From Vicinamibacteria bacterium (GTDB lineage: Bacteria > Acidobacteriota > Vicinamibacteria > Marinacidobacterales > Marinacidobacteraceae): a stretch of 64,000 bases of DNA. The stretch covers positions 2,176,001-2,240,000 of the forward strand of contig CAXXLQ010000004.1 in the NCBI GenBank assembly GCA_963668695.2, given 5' to 3'. Position 1 is the stretch's first letter. Each line of letters opens with the position of its first letter. This document shows, one piece after another, positions 38,701-47,713 of this stretch. The notes beneath the pieces were generated by a model. It saw only the letters and a list, made by a program, of their open reading frames with translations. It was not told the origin of the DNA and searched no databases. A program made the translations under genes and the position numbers.

Positions 38701-38784
38701 GCGGTGGAGCGTTACGATGAGTTGCGCGGGCAGCTCGACGACCTCCTGAAGCGCTTGTCCGACGCCGGCGTGGCCGGGGAATGA
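35770..38784 (+). CDS. VPS10/BNR (Asp-box) beta-propeller glycosyl-hydrolase-like protein
   Basis: Signal peptide, GPSRGGRVTAV, many Asp boxes (SDDAGKTW, TKDGGENW, SRDGGDTW), HGDNHDLWINP and SNDGG motifs. Confidence 0.92.
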   Translation: MRRRFPSFLLLALAALIAAPAAAQPDTDLLATMQYRMVGPSRGGRVTAVAGHRSHPGTFYMGATGGGVWKTTDYGHNWVPISDGAFKSPSIGAIAVADSDPNIVYVTTGSDGLRSNVIMGKGVYRSDDAGKTWRSLGLEDTGNSGAVLIHPEDPDTAWVAQIGNPFAANPERGVYRTKDGGENWELVLFVSEQTGAVDLEFKPGDPDTIYASMWEAERKPWTIRSGGMEGGVHRSRDGGDTWEQLENGLPTGLRGKSDLAVSPADSSRVYVLIEAPGSEGGVFRSDDEGDTWRQVSDFQPIRNRPFYYNNLHADPTDADTLWGMAEGYFKSTDGGVTWERKFTPHGDNHDLWINPDNPDIQIQSNDGGANITLDGGETWSTQENQPTAELYQVDVSDSFPYRLYAGQQDNSTISVPSYPPHSRPGGHTAHWEAIGGCETGPAVPKPGDPDVVYANCKGRFGLYNMRTGQEEQYYVGFSNIYGHNPKDLQYRFQRTVPIHVSPHDPNRVFHASQYVHVTENGGRTWRTISPDLTAFTPETQVVSGDPITLDVTGEEHFAVLYDVQESPHEEGVIWAGANDGPIHVTRDGGRTWKEVTPPELGPYGRVQNIEVSPHDPAKAYAAVLRYQLGDSTPHAYRTNDYGETWTRITDGTNGVPNDHPVRVVREDPDREGLLYLGTEWGMFISFDDGASWTSFQQNLPLTPITDIKVVEKDLAISTMGRSFWILDDIAPLHEAPPAGETHLFQPRDEIRFRAGRGGFAAAAPADPEYPTPGPRITYRLAADVDSVRIDVRDENGDLVRSLESAGSGEETAMTQGMRAPGMMRRGAPAVPTGAGVHRLTWDMRHEGAKDGEGNVSGRGALAAPGRYTVELTAGGQTMARSFRLRMDPRIVKEGWVTAEHVRDQVALALKARDALSQARMAAARLEAAMESGGSDELQAIHEELVARPRRYSQPMLMDQLSYLASNLDAADQPPGRDAVERYDELRGQLDDLLKRLSDAGVAGE

Positions 38785-39008
38785 GCAGCCCGTGGAAAAG
38801 CACCCCGCTCTGGTTCCGGATGACAGTCGCGCCGGCGACACCGGTTCTTTCTCGTGCGCGGTGCTTTCCCCACGGGGTGATGTCGCGGATCGCGTTGCGA
38901 TCCGCGACATCGGTTTTCGTGCCGAGGGGAAACCCCTCCCCACACCCCTCCTCCGCGGCGCTCCGCACCGCGAGCGGGGGCCGGCAGACTTTCGCTACAA
39001 CCAGTTAG
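38783..39008. repeat. Palindrome-rich element with a family-A-like left end
   Basis: Starts GAGCAGCCCGTGGAAAAG at the stop codon and contains a perfect GATGTCGCGGATCGC-gtt-GCGATCCGCGACATC hairpin. Confidence 0.5.
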
Positions 39009-39021
39009 GCGGGGCGGGGTA

Positions 39022-40266
39022 GTGGAAAACGGCGCGTCGGAGCTGCGGATCAACGGTCCCCGCCTCCTCGACTCGCTCGCCCGGCTCGCCGAGATCGGCG
39101 CCACCCCCGAGGGGGGCGCCGAGCGGCTGGCCTTTACCGCCGAGGACGGTGCGGGCCGTGACCTCGTTCGTTCGTGGATGGAAGACGCCGGTCTCGAGGT
39201 CCGGGTGGACGGGATCGGGAACATCGTCGGCCGACGGGCCGGGGACGATCAGGACGCGGCGCCGGTGATGCTCGGATCCCACATCGACACGGTCGGCAAT
39301 GGCGGCCGGTACGACGGGAATCTGGGAGTGCTGGCGGCGCTCGAAGTCGCGCGCACGCTGAACGACGGGGGTGTCCGCACCCGCCGCCCCCTGGAGGTCG
39401 CGATCTTTTCCAACGAAGAGGGCTCGCGCTACCACCCCGACATGCTGGGGAGCCTCGTCTATTCCGGTGGGCTCGACCTCGAGATCGCCTGGGCGCTCCG
39501 GAGCCCCGACGGGACGCGGACGCTCCGGGAAGAACTCGAAGCGATCGGTTACCTGGGGGACGCGCCGCTACCCGGGCCGGTGCCGGCGGCCTACGCCGAA
39601 CTCCACATCGAGCAGGGGCCGGTGCTCGAGGCCGAGAACATCGAGTTCGGCGCCGTGACCGGCGTTCAGGGGATCCTGTGGGAGGAGATCACCCTCACCG
39701 GGGCGTCGAACCATGCCGGCACCACCCCGATGCGGTTTCGCCACGACACGGGTGTGGTGGCCGCGGAGGCCGTGCTGTTGGCCAGGAAGCTGACCCGGGA
39801 GATTCCTGGCCAGGTGGCGACCGTCGGCCGGATGGCCTTCTCTCCCGGCCTGACCAATGTGGTGCCCGGCCGGGCGGTGTTCACGCTGGACATCCGAAAT
39901 CCCGATCCCGAGCGGCTGGGCCGTGCCGAAGACGACTTCTTTGACGGGCTCCGGGCCGCCGCCGAGCGCGAGGGGGTACGGATCGAACGGCGGGAACTTG
40001 CACGCTTCGGTCCTGCGGTCTTTGACGAACGGGTCATCTCGCTGGTCGAAGAAGCGGCGGCCGCGCTCGGAGGATCCTGCCGCAGGATTCCCTCGGGGGC
40101 GGGGCATGACGCCCAGATGCTCTCCCGGGTATGCCCCACCGGAATGATTTTCGTGCCTTCGGTGGATGGCATCAGTCACAACCCGAAGGAGTTCACCCGC
40201 GACGAGCACGTCACTGCCGGCGGGAACGCACTCCTGCTGGTCGCCTCCGGTCTCCTGAAGTCGTAG
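39022..40266 (+). CDS. M20-family Zn amidohydrolase (N-carbamoyl-L-amino-acid / allantoate amidohydrolase-like)
   Basis: GSHIDTV, GGRYDG, NEEGSRY, ELHIEQGPVLE, HAGTTPM, SGAGHDAQ and SHNPKE motifs. Confidence 0.93.
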   Translation: MENGASELRINGPRLLDSLARLAEIGATPEGGAERLAFTAEDGAGRDLVRSWMEDAGLEVRVDGIGNIVGRRAGDDQDAAPVMLGSHIDTVGNGGRYDGNLGVLAALEVARTLNDGGVRTRRPLEVAIFSNEEGSRYHPDMLGSLVYSGGLDLEIAWALRSPDGTRTLREELEAIGYLGDAPLPGPVPAAYAELHIEQGPVLEAENIEFGAVTGVQGILWEEITLTGASNHAGTTPMRFRHDTGVVAAEAVLLARKLTREIPGQVATVGRMAFSPGLTNVVPGRAVFTLDIRNPDPERLGRAEDDFFDGLRAAAEREGVRIERRELARFGPAVFDERVISLVEEAAAALGGSCRRIPSGAGHDAQMLSRVCPTGMIFVPSVDGISHNPKEFTRDEHVTAGGNALLLVASGLLKS

Positions 40267-40377
40267 TTTTCAGGTAGTGTTAGGTTCAGATTACGCCGCA
40301 ATCCGGCGTTCACGGAACAGCAGCCGTGTGATAGCGTTTCTCTCTCAACTGAGGTGCCGGGAGGCTTAGGGGGGACC

Positions 40378-40671
40378 ATGGCAGGCAAAGCAGATGTTGC
40401 CAAAGCGCTCGCCGAGAAACACGGCGTCAAGTACAACCGCGGCAGGGGTCCCGACATCCGGACGGACAAGATCACGATCAACGTCGAGACGGCGCGCACC
40501 TTGGGTACCGCGTGCGGCAGGCTCCGTGGTTTCCGGGGTCCCGTGTACGTGGCTTGCGCAAACGACGCCGATATCGAATACGCCAAGGACATCATCGTGG
40601 GAAAGACCGTCGGTCTCATGAACAACAAGGGCCGCATCCTCAAGAAATCCACCCGCGGCCGTTGGCCCTGA
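40378..40671 (+). CDS. Small basic hypothetical protein (97 aa), possible PD-(D/E)xK-like fold
   Basis: GGGGG RBS, GC3-biased codon usage, and GPDI...ITINVET...PVYVA pattern. Confidence 0.7.
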   Translation: MAGKADVAKALAEKHGVKYNRGRGPDIRTDKITINVETARTLGTACGRLRGFRGPVYVACANDADIEYAKDIIVGKTVGLMNNKGRILKKSTRGRWP

Positions 40672-41335
40672 CGTCGAGCGGTCCGGGAGCGGGGGCTTAG
40701 TTCTCCATCGGTTCGGAACGCGGCGACCGTCTACGTCAAGCCCCCGCTCCCGAACCGCCCGGCGCTTCGCGCCGGCAATCGAAACTTCCTTGCCCGCCTC
40801 CGGCGGGCGGCGGCAAGTTCCGATTGGTCGTTACTTTTTGTGTGAAAGGGGAGAATCCCCCCTTTCACACATTCCCCCGAAAACGCGGGCAGCGAACGGA
40901 GTTCGCTGCCATCAGTTTTTTGCGCGCTCGGCTAAGCGCCGCCAACAGCAGATGGCGCGCTGGCCCGGGAACGCCGGACCTCTGGTCGGCACCAGGTCGA
41001 GCGGTCGCCGGACGGGGCCTTGATCTGGTGTAGCGTTCGGTCGTGGTTCTGGTTGGAGTTGGGGCCCCGTCCGGGGACCGCCCGGCGCTTCGCGCCGGCC
41101 TTCCGAAGTGCGGCGAGAGCCGCACGGAGATCCCGGAGCGGGAGGGGTTGGGGTCGGGGCACCCGACTCCCAGCCGCTCCTGGCTCGGGAATCGAAACTT
41201 CCTTGCCCGCCTCCGGCGGGCAGAGGCAAGTTCCGATTGGTCGTTGTTGATTTGTGAAAGCGGGGGTGCCCCCCTTTCACACTTTCCCCCCGGTCACGCG
41301 GGCAGCGAACGGAGTCCGCTGCCATTGTTTCTTAC
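40672..41335 (+). repeat. Two tandem family B composite repeats
   Basis: Loop units at ~40673 and ~40995; C/D/E modules twice; F module at 41100-41190. Confidence 0.85.
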
Positions 41336-41368
41336 GCGCTCGGCTGAGGCGCATCAGCCACGTATCCC

Positions 41369-41831
41369 ATCTCGAACCCAACCATCCGTAGCGACGCGTC
41401 CCTAGTAGTGCGCTTTCCGACCCCGGTGATGGCGTGCACCAGCCTCACACCGCCACTCATCACCAATTGGAGCGCCGGTCAGGAGCGCCGGTCTTCAGGC
41501 CCCCACCGGGAGAACTGGCCAGCATCGCGGCCGCAGGCACGCGAAACTCACGTCCTGTTCACTCCTATTGCACCGACCTAGTCGGGGACGGCGAATCGCA
41601 CGGCTAGCCACCCCCCACGGCGCAGCGACGATCCGCCGTCAACCTCCAGGGCTAGCGACAGCGGAACCGCGTAGGTCCGTCCGTTGTCCCGGTGCCGGGA
41701 AGGCCACCGCCACCACCCGATCTCCAACCCCCAACTATCCGTAGCGACACCGCTCCTACAGTGCGCCGTGCAATCCCGCGTCACGGCGTGCACCAGCCTC
41801 ACACCGCCACTCATCACCCATTGGAGCGCCG
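41369..41831 (+). repeat. Pair of ~110-bp direct repeats (41369-41477, 41720-41831)
   Basis: 47-nt core GGCGTGCACCAGCCTCACACCGCCACTCATCACC(A/C)ATTGGAGCGCCG is identical except for one base. Confidence 0.8.
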
Positions 41832-41946
41832 ACCTCCGGCCCGCATCGCCCGCCGAGAGGCGGGCGATACGGCGTAGCGCCGACTCCCTCGGGCCCCTCA
41901 ACGGAGGCCCGTACTTGGTAGATTCCCACTCCGACAGGACAACACC

Positions 41947-42105
41947 TTGGCGAGCGATACCGCGGCGGAAGCACACAGCAGGCTCTGGGTCTTCGGCCCG
42001 GCACGGGACCTCCTGCTGCTGGTCGCCACCCCGATCCTGATCCTGCCCCTCGCCCTGGCCCTCGGGGGCAGGTTCGGCCGGTACTTCAGGCCCCACTGGC
42101 TGTAG
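41947..42105 (+). pseudogene. N-terminal remnant of a membrane protein gene
   Basis: AGGA RBS and TTG start; MASDTAAEAHSRLWVFGPARDLLLLVATPILILPLALALG then runs into antisense TonB sequence. Confidence 0.55.
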
Positions 42106-43139
42106 CCGATCAGCTCGTCCTTCTCGGAGAGTGCCATGTTCACCTTGGTGTAGTAGTTGCGGAGGATCGCCTCTTCCTGGATCTCATTCGGATCGACACC
42201 CGAGATGGCCCGGTGGGTCAGGTTGTTGTTGTAGGCGAGGAAGAACCAGGCCTTGTCCGTCCAGAGCGGGCCGCCCACGTCGGCGTGCGCCTCCCAGTAG
42301 GTGAGCATGTGGTTCGTGCCCGCGCCCCGGCTCTCGAGCTCGGAGGTGAGGTTGTCGCCCACGAAACCCTCGCCGAGGTAGTCCGCATAGAGCAACGACG
42401 AAACCTCGTTACCGCCGGTCTTGATGTCCATCACGATCGTGTTCCCGGCCCAGGCGTTTTCCACGTCCGCGCCGGCGTTCGAGATGTTGAACTGGTTGAC
42501 GGTCAGGCTGTCCATGTAGAAGCCGAAACCGCCGGTGCTGAAGTTGGAGTCCACGCCGTCAATGACGATGCGGTTCTGGTTCCGGAGCCCGAAAGCGTCG
42601 AACCCGGACTGCTGCGCCTTGTGAGAGCCCGCCACGTCGAAGCCGCGCATCCGGATACCCGGGGTGAGCGCCAGCATGGCGTGGGGATCGGTGGAGTTCG
42701 GAACCTCCAGGATCGCCGTGTCATCGAAGGTGCCCCCGAAGCGGCTGGACTTGACGTCCACCACCGGGGACTCCCCGGTCACGGTCACCGTCTCTGCGAC
42801 GGCTGCCACCCCGAGGGTCTGGTTCACCGTGAAGGTCTGCCCCGTGTTGACGGTTACGCCTTCGCGGACGACGGTACCGAAGCCGCCCAGCTCGAAGGTC
42901 ATCGTGTAGCTGCCGGCAGGGAGACCCTGGAACCGGAACGAGCCGTCCACGTCGGTGACGGCGACGCGGCTGCCGAGAAGCCCGGGGGATTCGAGGGTCA
43001 CCGTGACCCCCGGAAGGACGAGCCCCTGCTCGTCCCGCGCGACCCCGTCGAGTCTTCCGGCGGTGATCTGGGCGGCGAGCGACGCCGGGATCAGGAGCAG
43101 CGCGGCGACCGCCACGGATCGCAGCAGAGTTCGTTTCAT
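42070..43139 (-). pseudogene. Truncated TonB-dependent receptor (carboxypeptidase-regulatory-like domain, plug, start of barrel)
   Basis: Signal peptide, DEQGLVLPGVTVTL, AETVTVTGESPVVD and GGPLWTDKAWFF motifs. Homology ends at ~aa 355, far short of a full barrel. Confidence 0.85.
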
Positions 43140-43390
43140 GGGCAAGGCCCTCCTTGACGAGAGGCGATTTGGCTCAAAACTCTATGGGACAACACGAACC
43201 GAGGTCGAAATTCGCAAGTCGCGCACCAGGGACCGCTTTTCGAAGACTCATCATAAGTCATTGAAAAAACGAAAGTTGTGTGCCGTCTGAGCGATGGCCT
43301 GTTTCCATTCTCCAAAAAGTTGAATTTCGCTTCGGATTCCCGTTCCCGAAATGGGACGCGTGGAAGCAGGCAAGCTCCATAATTCCCCGC

Positions 43391-44230
43391 GTGAAGCACC
43401 GCACGGCTTCTCCCGAACTCCGGACCCGCCTCGGCGTCGCTCCGCGCATCAACCCGGAGGTTGAGGTTCGAACCAGGGTGGGGTTTCTGCGGGCCTACCT
43501 CGTTGCGAGCCGGCAGCGGAGCCTGTGGCTCGCCGTCTCCGGCGGCGTGGATTCGGCGCTCACCGGGCGGCTTTGTTCCCTCGCGGTCGCCGCCGCCAAC
43601 CGGGACGGGGCGGCGTTGTGTTTCGTGGCGGTGCGGCTTCCCTACGGGAGGCAGCGCGATGCAGCCGATGCCGACCGGGTTCTGAAGTGGATCGAACCCT
43701 CGGAAGTGGTCAGCGTGAATATCAGGAGGGCGGTCACGGCCCTGGAAGCGTCACTCCCGAGAGTCCAGCTGGATGCCAGCTCCCAAGCGTCCTGCGACTA
43801 CGCCCGCGGAAACACCAAGGCCCGGATGCGAATGGCGGTGCAGTACCACCTCGCGAACCTGGACGGCGGCCTGGTCGTGGGGACGGATCATTCCGCGGAG
43901 GCGCTCGTCGGGTTTTTCACCAAGTTCGGTGACGGAGGAGCGGACCTGTGTCCGCTCTTCGGGCTGAGCAAACGGCAGGTACGCCAGTTGGCGACCTATC
44001 TGGGAGCGCCGCCCGAGATCGTGGACAAGGAACCCACCGCCGACCTCGAGGATCTGCGTCCGGGCCTACCCGACGAGGAGGCCCTCGGGATCAGCTACCA
44101 GGAGATCGACGACTATCTGGAGGGACTCCCGGTACCCGTTGCCGTTGCCGACCGGATCGAGGCGATCCACCGCGCCACCGAGCACAAACGGCGCGGACCG
44201 GTGGTCCCGCAGGATACGTGGTGGCGGTAG
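43391..44230 (+). CDS. nadE: NH3-dependent NAD+ synthetase
   Basis: SGGVDS, VRLPYG, GNTKARMRM, GTDHSAE, GFFTKFGDG, PTADLE and TEHKR motifs. Start position is approximate. Confidence 0.93.
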   Translation: MKHRTASPELRTRLGVAPRINPEVEVRTRVGFLRAYLVASRQRSLWLAVSGGVDSALTGRLCSLAVAAANRDGAALCFVAVRLPYGRQRDAADADRVLKWIEPSEVVSVNIRRAVTALEASLPRVQLDASSQASCDYARGNTKARMRMAVQYHLANLDGGLVVGTDHSAEALVGFFTKFGDGGADLCPLFGLSKRQVRQLATYLGAPPEIVDKEPTADLEDLRPGLPDEEALGISYQEIDDYLEGLPVPVAVADRIEAIHRATEHKRRGPVVPQDTWWR

Positions 44231-44237
44231 GGGCCAA

Positions 44238-44640
44238 GGTCGGGCGGTCCGGAAGGGGGGCGCCTGACCGGAACGACAGCCGAACGTTAGTTCTCTTGGT
44301 GGGTGCGCCCCCCTTCCGAACCGCCCGGCGCTTCGCGCCGGCTTCCGAAGTGCGGCGAGAGCCGCACGGAGACCCCGGAGCGGGAGGGGTTGGGGTCGGG
44401 GGACCCGACTCCCAGCCCCTCCTGGCTCGGGAATCGAAACTCCCTTGCGCGCCTTCGGCGCGCGGCGGCGAGTTCCGATTGGTCGTTGTTGATTTGTGAA
44501 AGGGGAGAATTCCCCCTTTCACGCATTCCCCCGAAATCGTCGGCAGCGAACGGAGTTCGCTGCCATTTGTTTCTTCGCGCGGTTGGCCGTACGCCACATT
44601 TCCTGAAGCGCGGGGACGGCTTGCACCGCCCCGCGTAGCG
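44238..44640 (+). repeat. Family B composite repeat
   Basis: Loop unit ~8 nt after the nadE stop, then F, C, D and E modules. Confidence 0.85.
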
Positions 44641-44796
44641 GGGCGGAAGCGCGTAGTGTTGATCCCTCTTCGGGTGCTGGAGGGGCGCTGGCCTGCCCGG
44701 TGGCGTGAGGCTGGAGGGAGACTACGCGCTTCCGCCGTCGCTGGCCGTGAGGATGGACGGCGCGGCCTTCGCTCGCCTGCGGCGGGCGAAGCGCCC

Positions 44797-45399
44797 CTAC
44801 GCCTGCTGGAGGAGGTAGGTCGCCAGACCGGCGGCGACCACGCGGTCGTTGTCTTCCACGACTTCGATGCGGCAGGAAACGAGCGTGCGGCCCTTCCGCA
44901 CCACCTCGCCGATGGCCAGGAGGTCGCCCTGAACCACCCCCAGGATGTTCACCTTGTATTCCACCAGGCGGATTCCCACCGCGGGGGCCACGGAAGCGGC
45001 GGCGAGGTGCCCGGCGGCCACGCAGAGCGTGCCGATGATTCCTCCCTCAAGCGGACCGGGTTCGGTATTTCTGGTCTCGCCGGGAAGATGGATCCGGGAA
45101 ACACCGTTGTCGGCGTAGTCGAGCCGGAGCCCCGTCTGCCCTGCGATCGGGGCGTTATCGAGTTCTTTTTGCAAACGGCGGCGCAGCGTCAGCCGTTCGC
45201 GCCCGTAGCCGCTCTCGGTCGGTTCGGATTCGCTCAGCACGACCGGTTCGAACTCACGGACCGGATCGGGTCCCGTGTTCGTGGACTTGGCTTCCACCGC
45301 GCCACGGCGGCGTGCGTGGAAGGACTCGGCGGCCGACCGCGTACGCCGGGGAGGGCTTTCGGCCTGCGCTGTGCGCGTGCCGGAGTCGGAGTTGCTCAA
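44797..45399 (-). CDS. PaaI-like hotdog-fold protein (start uncertain)
   Basis: GGIIGTL...AAG, VEYKVNIL and GDLLAIGEVVRKGRTLV motifs. Confidence 0.75.
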   Translation of the reverse strand: MSNSDSGTRTAQAESPPRRTRSAAESFHARRRGAVEAKSTNTGPDPVREFEPVVLSESEPTESGYGRERLTLRRRLQKELDNAPIAGQTGLRLDYADNGVSRIHLPGETRNTEPGPLEGGIIGTLCVAAGHLAAASVAPAVGIRLVEYKVNILGVVQGDLLAIGEVVRKGRTLVSCRIEVVEDNDRVVAAGLATYLLQQA

Positions 45400-45599
45400 C
45401 GGATTCGCTCCCCTCGATCGGAGGTCCAGATCCCCCCAGCCGCCGAATCAGCCACAGCAACGCCTAGCGCAAGAGGGGAGCGAAATACAACCGGAAGCCG
45501 AAACCACCGGCCAGTGACGAAGATCACCTAACCGGCCATGTTACCACCGGAAAACGATCCCGGCGCGTAACATTCCGGTTTCTCGACCGGAAGAAAGCA

Positions 45600-47039
45600 A
45601 TGAATCATAATACCAACGAAGCCTTCGACCTCGTGGTCATCGGGAGCGGCCCCGGAGGCTACGTGGCCGCCCTGAAGGCCCGGGCCGCCGGACTACGGAC
45701 GGCGATCGTGGAGAAGGAAGAGCGCTTCGGCGGCACCTGTCTTCACGTCGGCTGCATTCCGAGCAAGGTGTTCCTTCATACCGCGTCGCTGCTCGACGAG
45801 ATCCGGGCGGCGAACAAGGTCGGCATCACGGTGGCGGATCCGGCCCTCGATTGGAACGGACTGAAGCGCCGCAGTCGCCGGGTGATCGCCAAACTCGCCG
45901 GCGGCGTTTCGCTGCTTTTGAAGCGCGCGGGTGTCGAAACAGTTCGGGGATTCGGGAGACTGGCCGGTCCCGGTCGGGTCGAGGTCATCCCCGCGGAATC
46001 CGCCGAGGCGGGCGCCGCGCCCGGGGAGGCAGTGCGGTTCCTCAGTACTCGCAATGTGATCCTCGCGACCGGTTCCGAGGCCAGGACGCTGCCCTTCCTG
46101 CCGGTGGACGGCGATCGGATACTGACCAACGCGGAGATGTTCTCGCTTGATGAGCTTCCCGCCCGGTTAGGCATCATCGGGGCCGGGGCGGTGGGCGCGG
46201 AGTTTGCCTCCATGTTCCGTAGCTACGGCTCCCGCGTGGAACTCTTCGAGGTGCTGCCCCGCGTGCTGCCGCTCGAAGATGCTGAAGTCTCCGAAGTGGT
46301 GGGCAGGGCGTTTCGCAAACGGAAGATCCAGGTGCGAACCGAAGCCCGAGTGGAGGCCGCCGACGTCGTGGAAACGGGCGTTCAGGTCCGCTACCGCGTG
46401 GGTGAGGAGACCACGACAGCCGAATACGACCGGCTGCTGGTAGCGGTGGGCCGGGCTCCGCGGACGACGGATATCGGGCTCGAGACCGTCGGAGTCGAGC
46501 TGGAAAGGGGCGGCTTCATCCCGGTGGACTTAGCGTGCCGGACCAGGGCGCAAGGCGTCTTCGCCATCGGGGACGTCTTGGGGAGCGCCCAGCTGGCCCA
46601 CGTGGCCTCCGCCGAGGCGGAGGTGGCGGTAGCGACCATCGCCGGCCAGGACGTTCGGCCCCTTCGGCGGGACCGGATGCCGGCGGCCACCTACTGCGTA
46701 CCGGAGGTCGGCTCGGTCGGGCTTACCGAGGAAGCGGCCGCCGCTGCCGGTCACGAGATCCGGGTGGGCCGCTTCCCATTCGCCGCGAACAGCAAGGCGA
46801 ACATCCTGGGAGATCCGACCGGTTTCGTGAAGGTGGTCGCCGAGGCGCGCTATGGAGAGGTGCTCGGAGTCCACATCGTCGGCCCGCACGCCACCGACCT
46901 GATCGCCGAAGCGGTGGTCGCGCTCGAGCACGAAGCGACCCTGGAGTCGCTCGCGCGCAGCGTCCATCCTCACCCCACGCTTTCCGAAGCGGTGTCCGAA
47001 GCGGCGCTCGCTGCTTCCGGCACGCCCCTTCACGTTTAA
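45600..47039 (+). CDS. lpdA: Dihydrolipoamide dehydrogenase (E3)
   Basis: GSGPGGY, GGTCLHVGCIPSK, GAGAVG, AIGD and HPHPTLSE motifs. Confidence 0.96.
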   Translation: MNHNTNEAFDLVVIGSGPGGYVAALKARAAGLRTAIVEKEERFGGTCLHVGCIPSKVFLHTASLLDEIRAANKVGITVADPALDWNGLKRRSRRVIAKLAGGVSLLLKRAGVETVRGFGRLAGPGRVEVIPAESAEAGAAPGEAVRFLSTRNVILATGSEARTLPFLPVDGDRILTNAEMFSLDELPARLGIIGAGAVGAEFASMFRSYGSRVELFEVLPRVLPLEDAEVSEVVGRAFRKRKIQVRTEARVEAADVVETGVQVRYRVGEETTTAEYDRLLVAVGRAPRTTDIGLETVGVELERGGFIPVDLACRTRAQGVFAIGDVLGSAQLAHVASAEAEVAVATIAGQDVRPLRRDRMPAATYCVPEVGSVGLTEEAAAAAGHEIRVGRFPFAANSKANILGDPTGFVKVVAEARYGEVLGVHIVGPHATDLIAEAVVALEHEATLESLARSVHPHPTLSEAVSEAALAASGTPLHV

Positions 47040-47277
47040 CAGCCTGTGGCGAAACCAACGCGGCCCAGTTCTCCCGGTGGGGGCTCGACCGGCGATCCAT
47101 CCCGGCTGAACCACTGCGCTTCGCTGCGTTCTGCGTTGCGTTTCGGTCGAAATACACCCGGGCCAGTTCTCCCGGTGGGGGCTCCTCCCTCACGCGCCTT
47201 GTCAGTCGGGCGTCTCGCCCCCGCCGGGAGAACTGGCCAACCTCGGCGCTCACGTGGGTTTCACCACCGGCTGTTAG
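47036..47277 (+). mobile_element. Family A MITE, copy A6a; its TTAA flank contains the lpdA stop
   Basis: TTAA-CAGCCTGTGGCGAAACC...GGTTTCACCACCGGCTG-TTAG. Confidence 0.85.
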
Positions 47278-47713
47278 CAGCCCGTGGACAAAGTGAACCG
47301 GCATTTGAGCCGCGATCCATCCCGGCCAAACAGCCTGTGATGAAACCCACGCGGCCCAGTTCTCCCGGTGGGGGCTCGGCCGGCGAACCATCCCGGCTGA
47401 CCGCGTCGCTTCGCGCCGCTCATCGTTGCGTTTCGGTCGAAATACACCCGGGCCAGTTCTCCCGGTGGGGGTTCCTCCCTCACGCGCCTTGTCAGTCGGG
47501 CGTCTCACCGGCCTCGGCTCTCACGCGGGTTCCACCACCGGCTGTTCACCGCCCCGCTTCGCGGTGCTCATCGTTGCGCATCGGTCGGAATACGCTTGGT
47601 ATTCCTCCCTTGCGCGCCTTGTCAGCCGGGCCCCCACCGGGAGGACTGGCCCCACCGGGAGAACTGAGCCTCGCCGCTCTCGGTGCTCCCCCCACTTTAT
47701 CCACGGGCTGCTG
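47275..47713 (+). mobile_element. Family A nested pair A6b (inner element 47329-47546 inside an outer element)
   Basis: Outer TIRs GCAGCCCGTGGACAAAGTG / CACTTTATCCACGGGCTGC match each other. Inner TIRs AACAGCCTGTGATGAAACCC / GGGTTCCACCACCGGCTGTT match each other. Confidence 0.85.

Noticed and set aside
35710-38943. 1077-aa minus-strand ORF and similar antisense ORFs (6540-8534, 13339-15192, 55140-56939)
   Set aside because: Shadow ORFs opposite well-supported genes, caused by high GC3.
40278-40284. GTTAGGT (and GTTAGGC at ~39004) as integron core sites
   Set aside because: No matching RYYYAAC or attC structure downstream of the adjacent ORFs.
47033-47280. Integron attC site (GTTTAAC...GTTAGCA overlapping a stop codon)
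   Set aside because: Flanking genes are housekeeping (lpdA, lipB) and there is no integrase. Other copies have TAGCAG ends without AAC, and the interior is not one long attC-type hairpin. Family B has GTT...AAC in the wrong polarity.
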